From a virus: a DNA stretch of 40,778 nucleotides. Below, one piece after another: positions 31,392 to 38,876 of the stretch; the first letter of the stretch is position 1; every line of letters begins with the position of its first letter. The position numbers and the translations under genes are program-made. The notes below the pieces were generated by a model. That model saw only the letters and a program-made list of their open reading frames with translations. It ran no database searches and was not told where the DNA came from. The stretch covers positions 1 to 40,778 of the IMG/VR virus record IMGVR_UViG_3300045988_096734; one strand, written 5' to 3'.

Positions 31392-32294
31392 TTATTCCCC
31401 CAGGCTTGCCGCTGCCGCCTGCGTAATGGTTCCCTTGATGACACCCTTGTCATTATCTGCGAAAATCTTAATTCCGGATAAAACAGTGTCATCAGCGGTT
31501 AGTCTGTCGTAATCTGCGTATTCATGGACTGCAATAAATCCAGTCTCGTCAGAGTAGAAAGCGAATGCCTTTGCAAGATCACTTTCGTTGGCAGGAACAT
31601 AGTAACCTACGATGTTCTCTTTTGCAGTGGCAAAAAAGGTGTTCTTGGTAATACTGCTGTTCATGATCACGGTTCCAAGGCCCAAGAAGTTCTCGACATA
31701 ATTGAAACCGAAAGCAGTCTGTACAGTAATATTTGCCTTGCCAAGGTAATCAGCGACATCTTCCGCATTTACGAAAAATACAGTTTCTACATTGTCATTT
31801 TCGTAAATGTTCTGAAGTTTGCCCCACGCATCAGCAAAAGCTGCCTGCGCTCCCACACCAGTAGCAGTGGGCTGTCCAGCAATAGTAAGGGATGTAATAA
31901 TATTTTTTCTGATGCCGGACTGAATGTCCTGGAGCATCTTTTCTGTCGTCTCATTGTGTGCCTGCTCATACCCCTTATCCAAAATAGCTTCTGCGGTAGT
32001 GGCTTTTCTCCATTTTCCAAGAACAATCTCCCCAATAGGGGTATCAACCGTGCTATACTTAGACAGAGGAATGATTTCACCCTCAGGAACAGTACCGTCC
32101 TGCAGGGTACCAGTTACAGTATGTCTCTTAAGCATTGTTCCTGCCTGCTTAGGAATCAGTCTCATAATTCCCAGCAGCTCCATCAGCTTTTTGATGGAAT
32201 AGCCAAAACGAGAAACAAAATCAATCTGACGAACAGCGACAAGGTTTTCGCTTTTAATCAGGTTTTCTTCTGCGGCTGTCGTAATGTTTGCCAT
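31392..32294 (-). CDS. Major capsid protein
   Basis: 300 aa with a GGAGG RBS, downstream of the scaffold gene. SPP1-type order with no protease. Confidence 0.85.
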   Translation of the reverse strand: MANITTAAEENLIKSENLVAVRQIDFVSRFGYSIKKLMELLGIMRLIPKQAGTMLKRHTVTGTLQDGTVPEGEIIPLSKYSTVDTPIGEIVLGKWRKATTAEAILDKGYEQAHNETTEKMLQDIQSGIRKNIITSLTIAGQPTATGVGAQAAFADAWGKLQNIYENDNVETVFFVNAEDVADYLGKANITVQTAFGFNYVENFLGLGTVIMNSSITKNTFFATAKENIVGYYVPANESDLAKAFAFYSDETGFIAVHEYADYDRLTADDTVLSGIKIFADNDKGVIKGTITQAAAASLGE

Positions 32295-32357
32295 AAAAAT
32301 ACCTCCAATAGTTTTTGTTGGTTAGCGATCCGCTCAAATTGCGAACCGGTTATTGAT

Positions 32358-32978
32358 TTACTGGAAAAGCTGCGGGTTTTCAGCAATTAATTTCTGTCTT
32401 TCCGCTGTACCGTAAATAAATTTTCCAGTCTTAGGATCTGTGGCATAGATATCTTCTTTGGACTTGATACCGCTGCCGTTGTTACCTCCCTTATTTACAC
32501 TTGTAAAATGGGGAGTAACAATGTTCTCTGCCTTAAACAGCATCTTGCTGTCCTCAGCCTCTGACAAGGTCTTAATAGCACTTTCAATATCAGATTTCTG
32601 ATTCTTGGATGCTTTCAGAGTGGGAATGTCAAGGCATCCCATGATAGCTTTTTCATTCAGGCCGTTGGCAGATTTGATAGCTTCTTTCAGCAGATCATCG
32701 AAATCTCTGTCAGCAATCTTCTGCTTGTAATCTTTCTCTGCATCTTCTGCTTTTTTCTTCCAGTCTGCAATGGACTTGTTCAGCTTTTCAACATCAACCC
32801 CGTCAAAGCCTTTTAAGGTCTCTTCCGCGGTATCAGCCCTGCTTTTTTCCTTGTCACGCTCCACGGTCATATCGTCCAGTTTCTTTTGGATCTTGTCGAT
32901 ATCCTTGCCGTTCTCAGCCATGACAAAATTGATCTGCTCCTGAGTTAATCCCTGTGCTTTTAATTCCTCTGTTTTCAT
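32358..32978 (-). CDS. Scaffolding protein (GP20/DUF4355-like)
   Basis: 206 aa, highly charged and helical. MKTEELKAQGLTQEQINFVMAENGKDI. Confidence 0.8.
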   Translation of the reverse strand: MKTEELKAQGLTQEQINFVMAENGKDIDKIQKKLDDMTVERDKEKSRADTAEETLKGFDGVDVEKLNKSIADWKKKAEDAEKDYKQKIADRDFDDLLKEAIKSANGLNEKAIMGCLDIPTLKASKNQKSDIESAIKTLSEAEDSKMLFKAENIVTPHFTSVNKGGNNGSGIKSKEDIYATDPKTGKFIYGTAERQKLIAENPQLFQ

Positions 32979-33065
32979 ACATATCCTCCATATTAGGTTG
33001 TTTTAGGTCTGTAACCTGCGACCATGTTGTTGTGTATGCTTGTCATTTTAGGTCTGCCGACCAAA

Positions 33066-33137
33066 CCGCATGAACCGGAATCGAACCGATATTACACCAT
33101 TTTCATAGTGCAGTTTTTGCCATTAAACTATCATGCA
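33066..33137 (-). tRNA. tRNA-like gene with a GAA (Phe)-like anticodon region but a non-canonical anticodon arm
   Basis: The minus strand reads TGCATGA-TA-GTTT-AATGGCAA-AAAC-TG-CACTA-TGAAAA-TGGTG-TAAT-ATCGG-TTCGATT-CCGGT-TCATGCG-G. It has a 7-bp acceptor stem (first pair U-G), a D loop with GG and a canonical GGTTCGATTCC T arm. The anticodon arm pairs only as 5 bp + 6-nt loop or 4 bp + 8-nt loop (AUGAAAAU). No CCA is encoded. Confidence 0.6.
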
Positions 33138-33190
33138 GTGCTTTCGCCTTTGGGAGAGGTCTGAAAGAATATAAGAATGCCTGCGATTTA

Positions 33191-33246
33191 ATTTTATCAC
33201 ACTTGTTATTTTATGTAAACATTAAATATCTAGTGTTTTTATATCA
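33191..33246 (-). promoter_or_regulatory. Two tandem extended -10-like elements within a duplicated ~19-bp motif
   Basis: The minus strand shows AAAATAACATGTGATATAAA and AAAATAACAAGTGTGATAAAAT (TGATATAAA / TGATAAAAT). They lie downstream of a terminator and about 55-100 nt upstream of the tRNA-like gene. Confidence 0.35.
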
Positions 33247-33260
33247 CATGTTATTTTGCA

Positions 33261-33289
33261 TAAAAAGAGAGCAGTTTTACCTGCCCTCT
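33261..33289 (-). terminator. Rho-independent terminator after 33297..33761
   Basis: The minus strand reads AGAGGGCAG-GTAAAA-CTGCTCTCT followed by TTTTT. Confidence 0.75.
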
Positions 33290-33296
33290 TCTGATT

Positions 33297-33761
33297 TTAC
33301 ATTCTCTCAAGCATCTTAATGTACTTGTCGATGGTCTCCCGCTCTTCCGGTGTGTCGGCATCACGCTTAAGTTCTTTCAGTTTGTTGTGCATGTCTCCCA
33401 TGAAATCCTCAAGGTCTGCAAGCATACTCTGCTTACTGGCCATAGAATGGTCATTCCGGTACATCCGCTTGCTGTCCATGTATCTTCTCTCAGAGTAATC
33501 ACCGTCATCGTAAGAGTTCCCATCATCGTATCTGCGGGAATACCGTCCCATGCTGTCTCTCTTGGCTCTCATCCGTCCTCTTGCCTGGCTGTATCGGTCA
33601 TCATCGTACTCTTCCATGCTCTCAACGCTCTTGAGATCCTTGTACATATCAATCAGCTTGAATGCGGTATCAAGATTTCCAGTGGTCAACCCTTTATCCG
33701 CAATCTTGTCAATTTCCTCGCAAATTACATCTAACATCTTGTCATGTCTCATCATGCTCAC
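33297..33761 (-). CDS. Hypothetical highly charged protein (R/D/Y/S-rich centre)
   Basis: 154 aa, with helical ends and a central YDDDRYSQARGRMRAKRDSMGRYSRRYDDGNSYDDGDYSERRYMDSKRMYR. Confidence 0.7.
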   Translation of the reverse strand: MSMMRHDKMLDVICEEIDKIADKGLTTGNLDTAFKLIDMYKDLKSVESMEEYDDDRYSQARGRMRAKRDSMGRYSRRYDDGNSYDDGDYSERRYMDSKRMYRNDHSMASKQSMLADLEDFMGDMHNKLKELKRDADTPEERETIDKYIKMLERM

Positions 33762-34138
33762 CTCACATTCTCGACACGCAGAGTGCCGCTTACTGTCACA
33801 CCTGCAGTATCAATCTGCAAACCAACATTCGCAACATTAGGATACTGCGCCAGTACGGTTCTGATCGCATCTACAATCGGCACCGTCACAAATCCCGCCG
33901 CTGTGGTGGTGGCTGTTACTGTCGTACCAGTAGCAACACCGTCTGCCAGTACCGACACAACAACATTCCCGGCAACCCCGGACAGTGTAAGAGCGGCATC
34001 AATGTCCCACAGACCGCCAGTCCGCAGAGACAAAAGTCCGTTGCTGTTTGTTATTTTACTGTTGGTATTTTTTACAGTCTGGAATGGGATATACTGGCCA
34101 ACCACAGAAGTCCATCCCGTTACTCGTCCTAAAAACAT
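33758..34138 (-). CDS. Hypothetical all-beta-looking T/V/G/A-rich protein (126 aa)
   Basis: ATG 34138 follows an AAGAGGTGA RBS. Contains ...LSLRTGGLWDIDAALTLSGVAGNVVVSVLADGVATGTTVTATTTAAGFVTVPIV.... The composition is reminiscent of small jelly-roll surface domains, but no family was recognised. Confidence 0.65.
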   Translation of the reverse strand: MFLGRVTGWTSVVGQYIPFQTVKNTNSKITNSNGLLSLRTGGLWDIDAALTLSGVAGNVVVSVLADGVATGTTVTATTTAAGFVTVPIVDAIRTVLAQYPNVANVGLQIDTAGVTVSGTLRVENVR

Positions 34139-34158
34139 AATATTCACCTCTTTCTGTC

Positions 34159-34187
34159 AAAAAAAGGGCGCACCCGCAGGCACACCC
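34159..34187 (-). terminator. Strong rho-independent terminator after 34222..34974
   Basis: The minus strand has a GC-rich hairpin GGGTGTGCC-TGCG-GGTGCGCCC followed by TTTTTTT. Confidence 0.75.
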
Positions 34188-34221
34188 TATTCCCGAATAA
34201 GCCTTACGCTCCGATTACTCG

Positions 34222-34974
34222 TTATGCAATTGTGGTACCGTTATAATACCCGGCATAAGTCTGTCCACAGCAACAGTACGGGTTCTGTACCACGTATGCC
34301 GGTGTAGGACTGGGTCTCAACTGGTTTACAAGGTACTGGTTCTGTGCGCTCTGAGATGCCGCAAGCTGCAAGGAATTGATCTGCTGATTCTGCTCAGCAA
34401 TACGCTGATTAAGAGCTTCAACCTTGTTAGCCTGGATTGCTTCAAGGATTGCACGGGTCCCTGCGTTCTGACTTTCGATAATATCTCTAGTGTTATTAGA
34501 GTTATTGAAATTCGTCTGGCAGAAACCACTCTGAATCGCATTGTTGGTAGCGTTTGCATTCTGCAGTGCATCGTAGCGGTTCTGGCAGCAACAATCTGCG
34601 ATCTGAGTCTGCAAACCGTTGAATCCCTGCATCATTGCCACATTGGTAGCATTGCCCTGAGTCAGAATGTTGGTGTTCACGCCATTGATAAGTTGTGCCT
34701 GCGTGTAAAAGCCATCGCACATCCCGGTGTTGACACTATCAATCTTGCGCTCTATGTTGGCAAAGTCGGAAGTCAGAATGTATCCGTCTGTTGCGGATCC
34801 AGAACCGTTGCCATTGCCAAACAGTCCATTTCCGTTTCTGCCAAAGCCAAAAAAGGCAAAAATCAGAAACAGGACGATCATCCATGCACCGTCTCCACCA
34901 AATCCACCATAGTTATTGCCGTTTTTGTCACCCTGTAAGAGAGCAACATCACTTGCTGATAATCCGTCTGTCAT
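34222..34974 (-). CDS. Hypothetical membrane-anchored N/Q/G-rich, Cys-cluster protein
   Basis: 250 aa. The N-terminus GNNYGGFGGDGAWMIVLFLIFAFFGFGRNGNG has a Gly-flanked TM segment resembling tiny YjcZ-type sporulation peptides. CCC and CCC clusters (IADCCCQ, NPYCCCGQ) are present, with a long N/Q-rich helical region. Confidence 0.7.
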   Translation of the reverse strand: MTDGLSASDVALLQGDKNGNNYGGFGGDGAWMIVLFLIFAFFGFGRNGNGLFGNGNGSGSATDGYILTSDFANIERKIDSVNTGMCDGFYTQAQLINGVNTNILTQGNATNVAMMQGFNGLQTQIADCCCQNRYDALQNANATNNAIQSGFCQTNFNNSNNTRDIIESQNAGTRAILEAIQANKVEALNQRIAEQNQQINSLQLAASQSAQNQYLVNQLRPSPTPAYVVQNPYCCCGQTYAGYYNGTTIA

Positions 34975-35025
34975 TATAATCTCCTCCGATTATGATTTAT
35001 TTGCTTAAAGCCGTGTCGACCCGAC

Positions 35026-35229
35026 TTATTGCCGTAGTAAATATTTCATCTGCTGCGCCATCTGCTGCGCCTGGTTAAGCTGTTGCTGATTGATTTTTCC
35101 CGACCGGAGCATATCCATCAACATGTTTTGTGGATTAACTCCATGCATCTGCCGGCAGAATTGATTAAACTGCTGAACCATAGACATAGGGCTGTCCTGA
35201 TTAACCTGATTGTATAAAGAGTTACTCAT
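35026..35229 (-). CDS. Hypothetical Q/N/M-rich small protein
   Basis: 67 aa, ending ...INQQQLNQAQQMAQQMKYLLRQ. The start overlaps the upstream stop. Confidence 0.65.
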   Translation of the reverse strand: MSNSLYNQVNQDSPMSMVQQFNQFCRQMHGVNPQNMLMDMLRSGKINQQQLNQAQQMAQQMKYLLRQ

Positions 35230-35659
35230 TCTCTGTCACCTCTTTCTTTCTGACAGCCGGCTTGTTGGAAGATTTCATTTGTCTTTCCAACTCCTCATAT
35301 TTTGCCTTCAAATCGTCAAATTCGTTCCGTGTGATAAAATTATCACTGGATTGATTTAAGACGCTCTGTGAGCCTTGTGGAGCGTTCTGTGTGCGCTCTG
35401 TGTAATCAAATACCCGTAGTGGCAAAGGCATACCGCTTGCATCTGCTGATTTGAGGTAAAAACACTGGCTCTCGCTGTCCATCAGCAATACAGATTCCCC
35501 TCTGCCAACGATCCATGACTTCGCACCGCTTTCCCCCGACACCCAGTTAATCCCATTAGATGAGGGAGCAGGATATGATGCTTGCGATTGCATAGTCGGT
35601 AAAGCCTGTGGCTGATAGCCGGTCTGATAATTCATGTAAGGGTTCTGCGGATACGGCAT
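35222..35659 (-). CDS. Hypothetical protein with a P/Q/Y-rich N-terminus and a small globular core
   Basis: 145 aa with a strong GGAGGAAAAG RBS. MPYPQNPYMNYQTGYQPQALPTMQSQASYPAPSS then INWVSGESGAKSWIVGRGESVLLMDSESQCFYLK. Confidence 0.75.
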   Translation of the reverse strand: MPYPQNPYMNYQTGYQPQALPTMQSQASYPAPSSNGINWVSGESGAKSWIVGRGESVLLMDSESQCFYLKSADASGMPLPLRVFDYTERTQNAPQGSQSVLNQSSDNFITRNEFDDLKAKYEELERQMKSSNKPAVRKKEVTENE

Positions 35660-35814
35660 TGTTCTTTTCCTCCAGTCTATTCAGTTCGTCCATGATATCC
35701 CTATCATCCGTGGATAAATAGAGATTGCTATAACCTTTTTTCATACTTAAATTCTGACACAAAAATAGAGCCAATACGATACCGTAAATGGCTCATATAA
35801 GGCTCTAAAAAGTG

Positions 35815-36018
35815 TCACATATACAATTTATCAATCTTGCATTTTATGCGCTTATTTAAGCGTTTAGCAGTGCTTAGAGACACATTCATGCGCTCTGCAC
35901 ATTCTTCCAGTGGTACATCCACGCACCGCATATCAAACAGTGTGCGCTCATCCTCTGTAAAATTACATTCTGCCAGCAGATACCTGATCTCCGGCATTGT
36001 AAATTCACAGATTTTCAA
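35815..36018 (-). CDS. Small sigma-70 region-4-like HTH protein (candidate transcription regulator)
   Basis: 67 aa. FTEDERTLFDMRCVDVPLEECAERMNVSLSTAKRLNKRIKCKI fits the region-4 / DUF1492-type pattern. Confidence 0.6.
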   Translation of the reverse strand: MKICEFTMPEIRYLLAECNFTEDERTLFDMRCVDVPLEECAERMNVSLSTAKRLNKRIKCKIDKLYM

Positions 36019-36031
36019 TTTTTATCCCCTT

Positions 36032-36463
36032 TTATAGAAACAAATTATCGCGGCTGCATTTTTGGTAGACGTTTTTAATATGCTTGATTGCCATGACAGC
36101 TAGGTTATTCTTAAAATCCGGGTGCTCGTTGCAATATGTTTCATACACATCTATATCATACAGAATCTGGTCGAAATGCTCTTTTGTGTGCTTTACTTCG
36201 TGCAACAATTCATCATCAAACCGAAGGATTCTGTATCTCGATGACACAGCAGTGCTTTCTCCCACTTTTCTTTCGACATCGGCAAGGTTTTTTTCAATCT
36301 TATCCACCTTGCACATGACATTTTTGTTTAAAAGACCGCCAATCCATGACCACGGATTGATTTTGATTTTAGAAACCTCTAACAAGCTTGCAAGAACAAC
36401 CACAGCGATTGTCGTTAATCCACTATAGCTGTTCATCAAGTCTAACACCTCTTTAACTGTCAT
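36032..36463 (-). CDS. Hypothetical single-TM protein
   Basis: ATG 36463 follows an AAGGGGA RBS (MTVKEVLDLMNSYSGLTTIAVVVLASLL...), 143 aa. Confidence 0.65.
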   Translation of the reverse strand: MTVKEVLDLMNSYSGLTTIAVVVLASLLEVSKIKINPWSWIGGLLNKNVMCKVDKIEKNLADVERKVGESTAVSSRYRILRFDDELLHEVKHTKEHFDQILYDIDVYETYCNEHPDFKNNLAVMAIKHIKNVYQKCSRDNLFL

Positions 36464-36477
36464 CTTTTGTATCCCCT

Positions 36478-36846
36478 TTATAATTTTTTCTGCCAGTAAT
36501 ACAATGGTACTTCCCGCCCGGAATCCCATGAATCATAATATACACCGTCAATCACGCAGACAACATGTCCTTGCAATGCAAGGACATAAATACCGTCCGT
36601 GTGCTCTTCGGCAAATTCCGCTACCGTGCAGTCACAATCACAGATTTTACGGTGATATCCCTTGTCTGCAAGCAGTTTACCCCATACACGGTTGGCAGAA
36701 GGCATATCTTTCAACCAGTAGGCATATGCGACCAGTTCCGAAAAGCACTTGTCCCAGTCCATACAAAAAGCCTTGCACAGTGCCCGGACCACACAGTCAC
36801 CGACCGTTGCTCCGTTCGGATTCGGATTATAATATGTGTACATCAT
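36478..36846 (-). CDS. Hypothetical protein, possible papain-fold Cys/His peptidase
   Basis: 122 aa. YNPNPNGATVGDCVVRALCKA ... LQGHVVCVIDGVYYDSWDSG gives a Cys...His...Asp order. The assignment is by pattern only. Confidence 0.5.
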   Translation of the reverse strand: MMYTYYNPNPNGATVGDCVVRALCKAFCMDWDKCFSELVAYAYWLKDMPSANRVWGKLLADKGYHRKICDCDCTVAEFAEEHTDGIYVLALQGHVVCVIDGVYYDSWDSGREVPLYYWQKKL

Positions 36847-38129
36847 ATCACCCCTATTCCCAGTCTGTCAGAATAATATGGCAGACCGTATTTTTTGCAA
36901 TGTTCCTGGTACTTCTCGACAGCTTTTTTAATCTTTTCTGTCAAGAGTGCAATCTTTGCATCCGTGTCCTCATTCCGCGGAATCTGTTGCAGGGCCTTCC
37001 GCTCACCTTTCATTCTGCGGATGCTTCGCTCCATTGCCCGCTGTTCCTGCTCATGCCGATACCGCTCCTCATTCTCTTTCGGGTCAATCGGCTCATCATG
37101 GTTGATATTAATTCCCGGAAGCCACATCTGAAACGTATGGCGGCAGTTTATACCGATGATTCCCTCAATCTGACCGTATCCGCAAGTCTCCACAAAGTCA
37201 GGGTAGTTATATTTCTTTTCTACCATGAGTTTCTGCTTCAATTCTTGCAAATAGCCAAATTCCTTGTCTTGCAATGGCACAGATGCCATGTTTTTAATGA
37301 GCACATCTTTTGTCCAGTCAAGGGAATAAATCTTGCCTTGCCACCATGAATGGTTTGTGTAGTCATCATGCTTGGTAACTCTCGCTCCCAAATGCTGACT
37401 GACTTTGACATACTGGATTCCCATTTCTGAGCAGCGGGTAAGAATGATCTCGCTGTTTGCCTGGTTGATTCCAGTGCGGACCGCCCTTGCAATTGCAACA
37501 TCAATCTTATCTGTGTGCCCGGTGGGATATTCTACTGTCGTGATTCCTTGTTTAGCAAGTTTTTCCACAACCTCATTGACAGCTTGCTGTACTGGCACTC
37601 CCGCCTGCGCTTTCATGTAAATATCATCACAGGCTTGCATATATTCATTCTGCACAGATATCGCAGTGGTCTTAGTCAGATTTCTGACAGTGCCGTTCGT
37701 ACGCTTGTATGCGTTTTCCAGTTTCATGATCTCCATCCGGGTCATGTTCAGATCCTTGGCAGACCGCGGAATGTTTTCAAAAGTATATTCCGGCATTTCC
37801 CGGTTGATGTTGTACTCATGGATCATTAATTTTGAAAATTCATAGTTGTATGCTGCTATGGTGTTAGCAGATTCTAAAAATGCCTTATGGATCTCTGAGG
37901 ATATGTCCGGCAATGCATCTTCTATGGTCTTGCGGATCTCGTCAATTGTGTATCCGCTCTGCACAATCTGATACAATTTATGGATGGTAGACGGCATCAA
38001 TATGTCTTTGCCAGTGTAAAAGGCTTCTACAATCTTTTTTACAACCTCTTTCAGCAACTGGTTGTTCAGACGATTGACCGCCAGTTCTACCCCTTGGATC
38101 ACCTCATTCAAATATTCAGGAGTTATCAA
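36843..38129 (-). CDS. Head morphogenesis protein, SPP1 gp7 / Mu F-like
   Basis: 428 aa near the portal gene. It has the conserved ...GINCRHTF... motif and a basic helical C-terminus. Confidence 0.8.
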   Translation of the reverse strand: MITPEYLNEVIQGVELAVNRLNNQLLKEVVKKIVEAFYTGKDILMPSTIHKLYQIVQSGYTIDEIRKTIEDALPDISSEIHKAFLESANTIAAYNYEFSKLMIHEYNINREMPEYTFENIPRSAKDLNMTRMEIMKLENAYKRTNGTVRNLTKTTAISVQNEYMQACDDIYMKAQAGVPVQQAVNEVVEKLAKQGITTVEYPTGHTDKIDVAIARAVRTGINQANSEIILTRCSEMGIQYVKVSQHLGARVTKHDDYTNHSWWQGKIYSLDWTKDVLIKNMASVPLQDKEFGYLQELKQKLMVEKKYNYPDFVETCGYGQIEGIIGINCRHTFQMWLPGININHDEPIDPKENEERYRHEQEQRAMERSIRRMKGERKALQQIPRNEDTDAKIALLTEKIKKAVEKYQEHCKKYGLPYYSDRLGIGVI

Positions 38130-38695
38130 TTATTCAAGTCACTCCCCTCTAATACCCGTCTGACTACTTCCACCCAGTCATCACCGTATCTCTCAATAGC
38201 TTCCACATCCCACAAGGAGATTGCTTCAGGGTTTGTATAGTTCAGCGGTTCTCCGCTTGGAATCTTGGTTACACCCTTGCGGCTCCACCATTGTCCTTCT
38301 TTATCTGGCAAGATACCGTAAAAGCCACCAACCCGCCACACCGGGTCAATATATTTCTCGCCCATGTACATATAATGGGCATACGGCAGAGTAGGATCAT
38401 ACACATGGACTTCACCTGATCCGGCAGACACTTCATTCAGAGCGTTAGTTCTGCGGATTAACTCCCCGTCTCTCCGTGGCATATGCCGCTGCATATCGTG
38501 CCATACCTGATTGTCCAGCGCAAGCTGTGCCCGGTCAAGGGCTTCTCCCAATGGCTGGAAGTTAATATCTATCCGAATACCCTTTTCTGTCCGGTGGATA
38601 GAGTACTTATGAAATTCTGATGCATAGTAATTCTTGTCATGTGCCACTCTATCACCCCTAATTTTAATCTTGTTAATGCCCGCCTGCCGTCGCAT
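38126..38695 (-). CDS. Hypothetical virion-module protein (start uncertain)
   Basis: 189-aa track ORF with a weak RBS at ATG 38695. The in-frame GTG 38647 has an AGGGGTGA RBS. Contains LPYAHYMYMGEKY, reminiscent of minor head/neck proteins. Confidence 0.55.
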   Translation of the reverse strand: MRRQAGINKIKIRGDRVAHDKNYYASEFHKYSIHRTEKGIRIDINFQPLGEALDRAQLALDNQVWHDMQRHMPRRDGELIRRTNALNEVSAGSGEVHVYDPTLPYAHYMYMGEKYIDPVWRVGGFYGILPDKEGQWWSRKGVTKIPSGEPLNYTNPEAISLWDVEAIERYGDDWVEVVRRVLEGSDLNN

Positions 38696-38876
38696 TCTGC
38701 AGGATCTCTTTTAACCCATAGGGTATGTGGGTGCAACGTATTTTCCCACCTCGGGCAATTTTAGTAGAAAGGAGGCTATAACCGCTTATTCTTTCACTTC
38801 TCGGTCAGCGCAAATGCAGAAGATGATAAGTTATTTGTGTTCTATCTCATGCTTAAATGGTAAAAGAGCAATCAAG

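Noticed and set aside
31524-32390. 288-aa plus-strand ORF
   Set aside because: It lies entirely antisense to the major capsid gene. It has no RBS and a Ser/Cys/Leu-rich composition typical of antisense frames.
35556-35774. 72-aa minus-strand ORF overlapping the start of 35222..35659
   Set aside because: It has no RBS before either candidate start and overlaps by 104 nt a gene that has a very strong RBS. A short upstream peptide cannot be excluded, but nothing supports it.
36504-37349. 281-aa plus-strand ORF
   Set aside because: It is antisense to the MuF/gp7-like gene and the papain-like gene. Coding signal and motifs are on the minus strand.
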